From Blastocladiella emersonii ATCC 22665 (taxonomy: Eukaryota > Fungi > Blastocladiomycota), in assembly GCA_025594325.1 (NCBI GenBank), contig JANHCV010000001.1:3100001-3164000 (forward strand): 64,000 bases of DNA. Direction: 5' to 3'. The notes under the pieces were generated by a model. That model was not told the DNA's origin. It did not search any database and was given only the letters and a program-made list of their open reading frames with translations. The position numbers and the translations under genes were made by a program. This document shows, piece after piece, positions 56,943-64,000 of this stretch (its first letter is position 1; the number at the start of each line of letters is the position of its first letter).

Positions 56943-58274
56943 ATGAACGCGAGCACCGACTCCATCCTTACCGCCAGCGGCGGTCCCGGCGGCAGCAGCA
57001 AGATGGAGAAGGTCACAGACGACGGCGGCATCGTCAAGGCCGTGCTCCGCCCGCCGACTGAGCCCGCCGCCGAGATTCGCTGGGTCAAGGGCACCAACGC
57101 GCGCCTGCACTACACCGTGAGCACCGCACCGTTCGTCCTGGCCAACCCGCCCAAGATCAAGCCCGCGTCGGCGTCCAAAAAGAAGGCGGCGCACAAGCAC
57201 TCGTCCGCGTGCAGCCATGGCCACGACCACGGCGACGACCACGGGTGCGCCGCCGAGGAACCGAAGCCCATCGAGCCGCCGAAACCCGGCGAGCCCGTGT
57301 TCGCTTCGCCATCGGGCGTGGCGTACCGGTTCGACCCGTCGGCGCGTCGCGTGCTGGCGGACACGGCGCGCGACGACGGCGAGACCGAGCTGTTCGAGCT
57401 GCGCATGGGGCGGCAGTTCACGTTCAAGGCGCTCGAGGCCGCGGTGCAGACGATGCGCGTGGGCGAGACGAGCAAGTTCCTGGTGTCGCCCGAGTACGCC
57501 GAGGGGTTCATCCAGCTCGAGACGGTGCTGCGCAAGGAGCGGGCCGCGAAGCTCGCCGCCAAGGAAGGCCGCCCGCGCCCGCCGACGTGCTGCATGGGCA
57601 TGGCGGCCGACGCCGAGGCCCACGCCGACCTGTACGCGTCGGCCGACGTGCCGCTCGAGCTGACTGTGACGCTGCACGCCGTGCAGCAGCCCGACGAGTT
57701 TGTCCCCGAGGCGTGGGAGGTGAGCGCCGTCGACAAGTACAACGCGATCCCGTCCCTCAAAGCCGCGGGCGCCGCACACTGGGCGGCGGGCGACGCCGCA
57801 GCCGCGCGCGACGCGTACCGGCGCGCGCTCGAGTGGACCGAGGGCGTGCAGGCGGCCGTCGCCGACGCGCGGCGCGAGGGGACGCAGCCCGCAGGCCACG
57901 CGCCGCCGCTCGCCGACGGCGAGGGCACCCGCGGCGTGTCGTGCGCGTGGCTCGACGACACGCACCTCGCACTGCGGCTCAACATGGCGCTGTGCACGCT
58001 GCACCTCGGCGAGTACGAGCTCGCCGTCGTCCAGTGCACGCAGATCCTCGGCGACAAGCCGGGTCACCCGAAGGCGCTGTTCCGGCGCGCGCTCGCGCAC
58101 CTGCGCCGTGGGCGCGACCTCGAGCTCGCGCAAGCCGACCTTGAGGCCGTGGTCGCGGGCGGCGGCATGGCGCGCGACGACCGCGCGTGGGCCGAGGCGT
58201 GGGCGGAGCTCACGGCCAAGTGGAAGCGCGCGCGTGCGAGCGAGACGCGGATGTGGCGCGGGCTGTTTGCGTGA
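56943..58274 (+). CDS. AIP: AIP/AIPL1-like co-chaperone (FKBP-like domain plus TPR); intronless
   Basis: GIVKAVLR..GTNARLHY; VLADT..ELRMGRQFTFKALEAAVQTMRVGE; PTCCMG; WEVSAVDKYNAIPSLK; TPRs LRLNMALCTLHLGEYELAVVQCTQIL..KALFRRALAH. Confidence 0.75.
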   Translation: MNASTDSILTASGGPGGSSKMEKVTDDGGIVKAVLRPPTEPAAEIRWVKGTNARLHYTVSTAPFVLANPPKIKPASASKKKAAHKHSSACSHGHDHGDDHGCAAEEPKPIEPPKPGEPVFASPSGVAYRFDPSARRVLADTARDDGETELFELRMGRQFTFKALEAAVQTMRVGETSKFLVSPEYAEGFIQLETVLRKERAAKLAAKEGRPRPPTCCMGMAADAEAHADLYASADVPLELTVTLHAVQQPDEFVPEAWEVSAVDKYNAIPSLKAAGAAHWAAGDAAAARDAYRRALEWTEGVQAAVADARREGTQPAGHAPPLADGEGTRGVSCAWLDDTHLALRLNMALCTLHLGEYELAVVQCTQILGDKPGHPKALFRRALAHLRRGRDLELAQADLEAVVAGGGMARDDRAWAEAWAELTAKWKRARASETRMWRGLFA

Positions 58275-58352
58275 CGAGCGGGGCTAAGGGGGATACAATA
58301 CACGGCTGGATTGCAACAAGATGATGGATGGGTGGGGGTACAAGTGCGCGTC

Positions 58353-59536
58353 TTACTCGTCGTCGTCGCTCATGAGCTCGGCGAGCTCCCGCTCCTCGTC
58401 GGCCGTGAGCCCCGACGCATTCTGCTTCTGCTCGAGCGACTCTTCCTCGAGCGAGATCTCGAGCTTGAACTGGATCTTGGGGTCGATGACCTCGTTGAGC
58501 TTCCACGACCGGATGGTGCAGTCGAGGGAGCCCGAGTAGAGCGTGTCGCCGACGATGCACAGGGCCGAGACCTCGTCGTAGTGGCCGTCGATGACCTTGA
58601 GCAGCTTCTCGGAGGCCATGTCCCACACGCGGATCGCCTCGTCGCGCGAGCCCGTCAGCACCACGGACGAGTGCACGGGGAGCACCGCCTTGACGTAGTC
58701 GTCGTGCTCGAAGCTCGACTCGGCCTTGATCTCCTTGTTGGCGAGCGGCCACCGCTTGACCGACTTGTCGGCCGAGGCTACGCGAGTGGGTTAGTGTCGT
58801 GGTCCGAGCTTAACCCAAAAAGATGTGACGTACCGCTCCACAGCAGCTCGTCGTCGAGGTCGAGGTACATGGCGTAGACACTGGTCTCGTGGCCAGACAG
58901 CACGAGGTCGCACGCCTTGGTCTCGAGGTTCCAGCGGCGGATGGCGCCCTCGCTGCCGCAGCTCCACAGCGTCTTGCAGTCGGGGGTGATGATCAGGTCC
59001 TCGACGCCGCGGATGTGGCCCTTGAGGGCGACCGAGGTGCCGGTGGCGAGGTCGAGCACGCGGATCAACTTGTCGGACGACCCGCTGCACAGGAACGCGC
59101 GGTTCGGCGCGAGCGCGAGCGACTTGACGAAATCGGCGTGCAGCGCCCACGTCGCGACGCACTCGCGCGTCTTGAGCGACCACTGCTTGACGGTCTTGTC
59201 CCAGCTGCCCGTGAAGATGAAGGTATCGTCGGCGGCGGCGTCGTGGTAGAACTGCGTGCAGGTGACGGGGCCCGAGTGGCCGCGGAACACGGCGACGGCC
59301 TTGCCCGTGTCGGCGACGACGACGCGGCACGTGTGGCCGGCGTCGCCGACGAGCAGGTACGGCGACGCGATGGGCTCGAGCAGCGGCGACGCAAAGTGGC
59401 GCACGCTCAGGACCTTGGCGGGAAGCTCGACGGGACTGCCGAGCGTGTTGCCCTGCTTCAGCTGACGCAGCTTGGCCTGACGCAGCGACGCGTCCGACTG
59501 GAAGAAGTCGGACGCCTCGGAGCCGATGTTCACCAT
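58353..59536 (-). CDS. WD40-repeat protein; 2 exons
   Basis: GHSGPVTC..FTGSWDKTVKQW, HADFVKSL..SGSSDKLIRV, GHIRGVEDL, GHETSVYAM, LTGSRDEAIRVWD, GHYDEVSAL. Confidence 0.9.
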
Positions 59537-59785
59537 GGTGTTGATGCGTGGGTGTGTTTCGTGGAGATCCGTTGCAAGCAGCTGCGGGGTTGGAAGAGGA
59601 GAAAGGACGCCGGGAACGCAGCGGCGCAAGGGGGGCGGCGAGCGCGCCGTGTTGGCGTCGCTGCCTCTTCGCTTCGCCCTCGCCACCCGCGAAACACTCT
59701 GCTGTGGTGACAGATGATGTGTGTATTTACCAAGGAGCGACGCCTTGGGCATGGTACAATAATGACGGGAAGCCGCGAGAAATGT

Positions 59786-60955
59786 CTACTGCGAGCGAGC
59801 TGGGCCCGGTACGGACACGGGAACTGGTGACGGGGCCGCGGCCCGCAACTTGGACGTGATGGTCGACAGGTTCACGATTGACGCGGCCACGTCAGCGTAG
59901 TGCTGGACGGCCGTGAGGATGCGGTTCATGATCAGTGAGCACGAGTCCTACGAGAGACGCGCGGTTAGCGAACTCGTGCAGGGAGGGGTACAGGGAGGCC
60001 GGCGTACCAGTCCGAAGCGAAGACCAAAGAGCCCGAGCCAGCTGAGGCCCAAGATGATGAGGACCACGACAAAGAAGAAGAGGAAAATGACGGCCGGGAT
60101 GACGAGGATCGTCGACTCGAGGATCAGCATGATGGCGCAGCCGACGAACGTGGTCGCGAACAGCGTCGTCGCGGCAAACACGAGGAACAAGCCGACGAGC
60201 GCTGCGACCACCACCAAACTTGTGACAGCGAGCGTCTTGCGCATCTGCGAGAAGATGCGCGGCCGGCGCGGGAGCATCGGGCGGTACTGCTTCGCGGCCG
60301 GCGGCGCCTTCTCGTTGCCCGCGTCGCCGCGCTTGGCCGCGCGCTTGCGTGCGCTGCGGGCCGGCGACAATCCCCCAAAACTATCCTCGCTGCTCGACCG
60401 CGATGACGACGCGGACCGCACCGAGTCGTCGTCCGAGTCGCCCGGCGACGGGACCAGCCGCGCCGCGAGCGCCTCGGCCATGGCGCGCCACCGCACCCAC
60501 GACAGGTACCGCTGGCGGAACTCGGTCAGGTACGACGGCGCTGCCGACGCGGGGATGGCGAGCGGGCGCGCGGCGCTGAACCGCGGCCGCCGCCGCAACG
60601 TGGTGCTCCCGCGATGGCTCGACGCGCGCGACGATGAGGGCCGCCGAGTGCTCGAGCTCAGCGCGAGGAGGTCGTCCGAGTCGTCGCTCGTGCTCAGCGG
60701 GCGAGGTGGTGGTGGCGGGGTTGCTGGGAGCGCGATGGCCGCCGCGGCGGCGTTACACTCGTCCATGTCGCTCAGCGTGATGGCGTGCCCGGCAAGAGAC
60801 AGCGGGGCGGGAGCTTTACGGGGACGCTCGCCGCCTAACAGCGCCGAAGTTTCTGCTGTCTCGTCGCTCGTGTTGCCATCGGCATCGGCGTCGCCGTCGT
60901 AGCCGGGCCGTGGCGCGGGCGGCAGCGAGGCCGTGTCCAGAGCGACTTCATTCAT
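59786..60955 (-). CDS. Membrane protein with a disordered N-terminus and a long hydrophobic hairpin, promethin/LDAF1-like; 2 exons
   Basis: About 75-aa hydrophobic block (TLAVTSLVVVAALVG..VIPAVIFLFFFVVVLIILGLSWLGLFG); intron GTACGC..TAG at ~59950-60009. Confidence 0.6.
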
Positions 60956-61189
60956 GGGCGGCGACAGTTTGCATGGGTTGCTTGCTTTTCGAGAGAGAGG
61001 AAGCGCGAGGAAGGGGAGGGCGGAGTTTCAGAAGGTCATCGGGCGCGGCGGCGAAGCAGCTGAGGCGATCCCCGAACGTTGGGCCTGCTCACCTGATACC
61101 GCGACGCGTGAGACGCGCTTGTCTCGCGGGTTACGTCCAAACGCGCGATAACGGCACTCTGCGCTCCCTCACCGGAGCGACCCTATATA

Positions 61190-63204
<2,015 letters not shown>

Positions 63205-64000
63205 GATTGTGTGCTGCCGAGGGCAGGGTGGAGGGGGCGGGGATGAAGGCGAGGATGAGCGACGCGCGAGCGCAAAGGGAGCCGCGCCACGCCGTGCCAC
63301 TCCCATCCACGACACGTGCGCCAGCGCTGGCCACGGGGCAAGTCAGTCAGCTGGCGGGCCGGGCGCCTTCGCACGGCCGCAAGCCGCCCGCCCGGCCGCC
63401 CAGTCAAAAGCTGCACACAGGGCCCGCCCGCCCCGCTCCTCTCTACAGCAGCAGCAGCACACACAGCAGCACAGCGTACGTAGGCCAGCCGGCCTGCACG
63501 GCACCACACCACAGCACGACTCGCCATGCACACACACCACACACGGGCACCCCCCGCCACGCTGCGCGCGCACCCTCGCCGACGTCGCCGCGCCGACGGC
63601 GGGTCGCACACGCCCCTCAACGATTTTCTGCGGCCTCGGCCGGGCCAAGTCCCTTGCTCCCCTGCTCCCCTACGTCGTCCTGGCGACCTCTCGGCCGTGA
63701 TCCGTGACTCCCCTGCTCCGCGCGCACTCCCCGTGCATTTTGCTCGCCTCCCCGATCACCCCGCTCACCCCGCCGTGGCTCGCGCCGCGGCCGCCCACCT
63801 CCCCCACGTCGACCATGACGTCTCCCCCGTAAATTGGCCCCCTTTCGGGCCGGTTGCGGGGGCCGTCCCGGCGCGTGTCCCGCCCTGCCCTGCGACAATT
63901 CCCGTCCCTTCTTCGTCTCAATCGGGCCGCTTTTTCGCCCGTGTGACCGTGTTCGCGTGCCGGCGTGCGTGCGTGCGACTTGCGCCCTCATCACGCGCTG

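Noticed and set aside
63815-64000. ATG ACG TCT CCC CC|GTAAAT as the first exon of a gene running off the window
   Set aside because: Too little sequence to support it

Overview
GC-rich, intron-containing eukaryotic DNA. Introns are mostly 60-90 nt, with GT(A/G/C)CG(C/T)-type donors and CTGAC/CTAAC branch sites. Ciliary genes (WDR63/DNAI3, LRRC9, CEP41, PDE6D) occur together with fungal-type genes (UDP-galactopyranose mutase, ARE-type sterol acyltransferase, DUF4470). That mix suggests a zoosporic fungus, probably Blastocladiomycota-like (inference). Most of the window is a dense run of about 20 ordinary genes. Three things stand out. (1) At 1.75-3.9 kb a Fanzor1 (eukaryotic TnpB-family RNA-guided nuclease) has an intact D-E-D RuvC triad and zinc finger. 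It is followed by a strand-specific structured region with two UACG-tetraloop hairpins (candidate omegaRNA) and abuts a decayed alpha/beta-hydrolase. (2) An 8,847-bp AcademH-type DNA transposon (41343-50189) has TAG..CTA ends, a perfect 9-bp TSD (GCGCCACAG), long degenerate TIRs, and convergent DUF6589 transposase and RecQ-like helicase genes. (3) Immediately downstream is an intronless gene of about 1150 codons that appears to fuse a Ty3/gypsy Gag-capsid-like domain to a USP7-type Ubl1-2 module. All family assignments come from motif recognition by eye; no database searches or folding programs were run.
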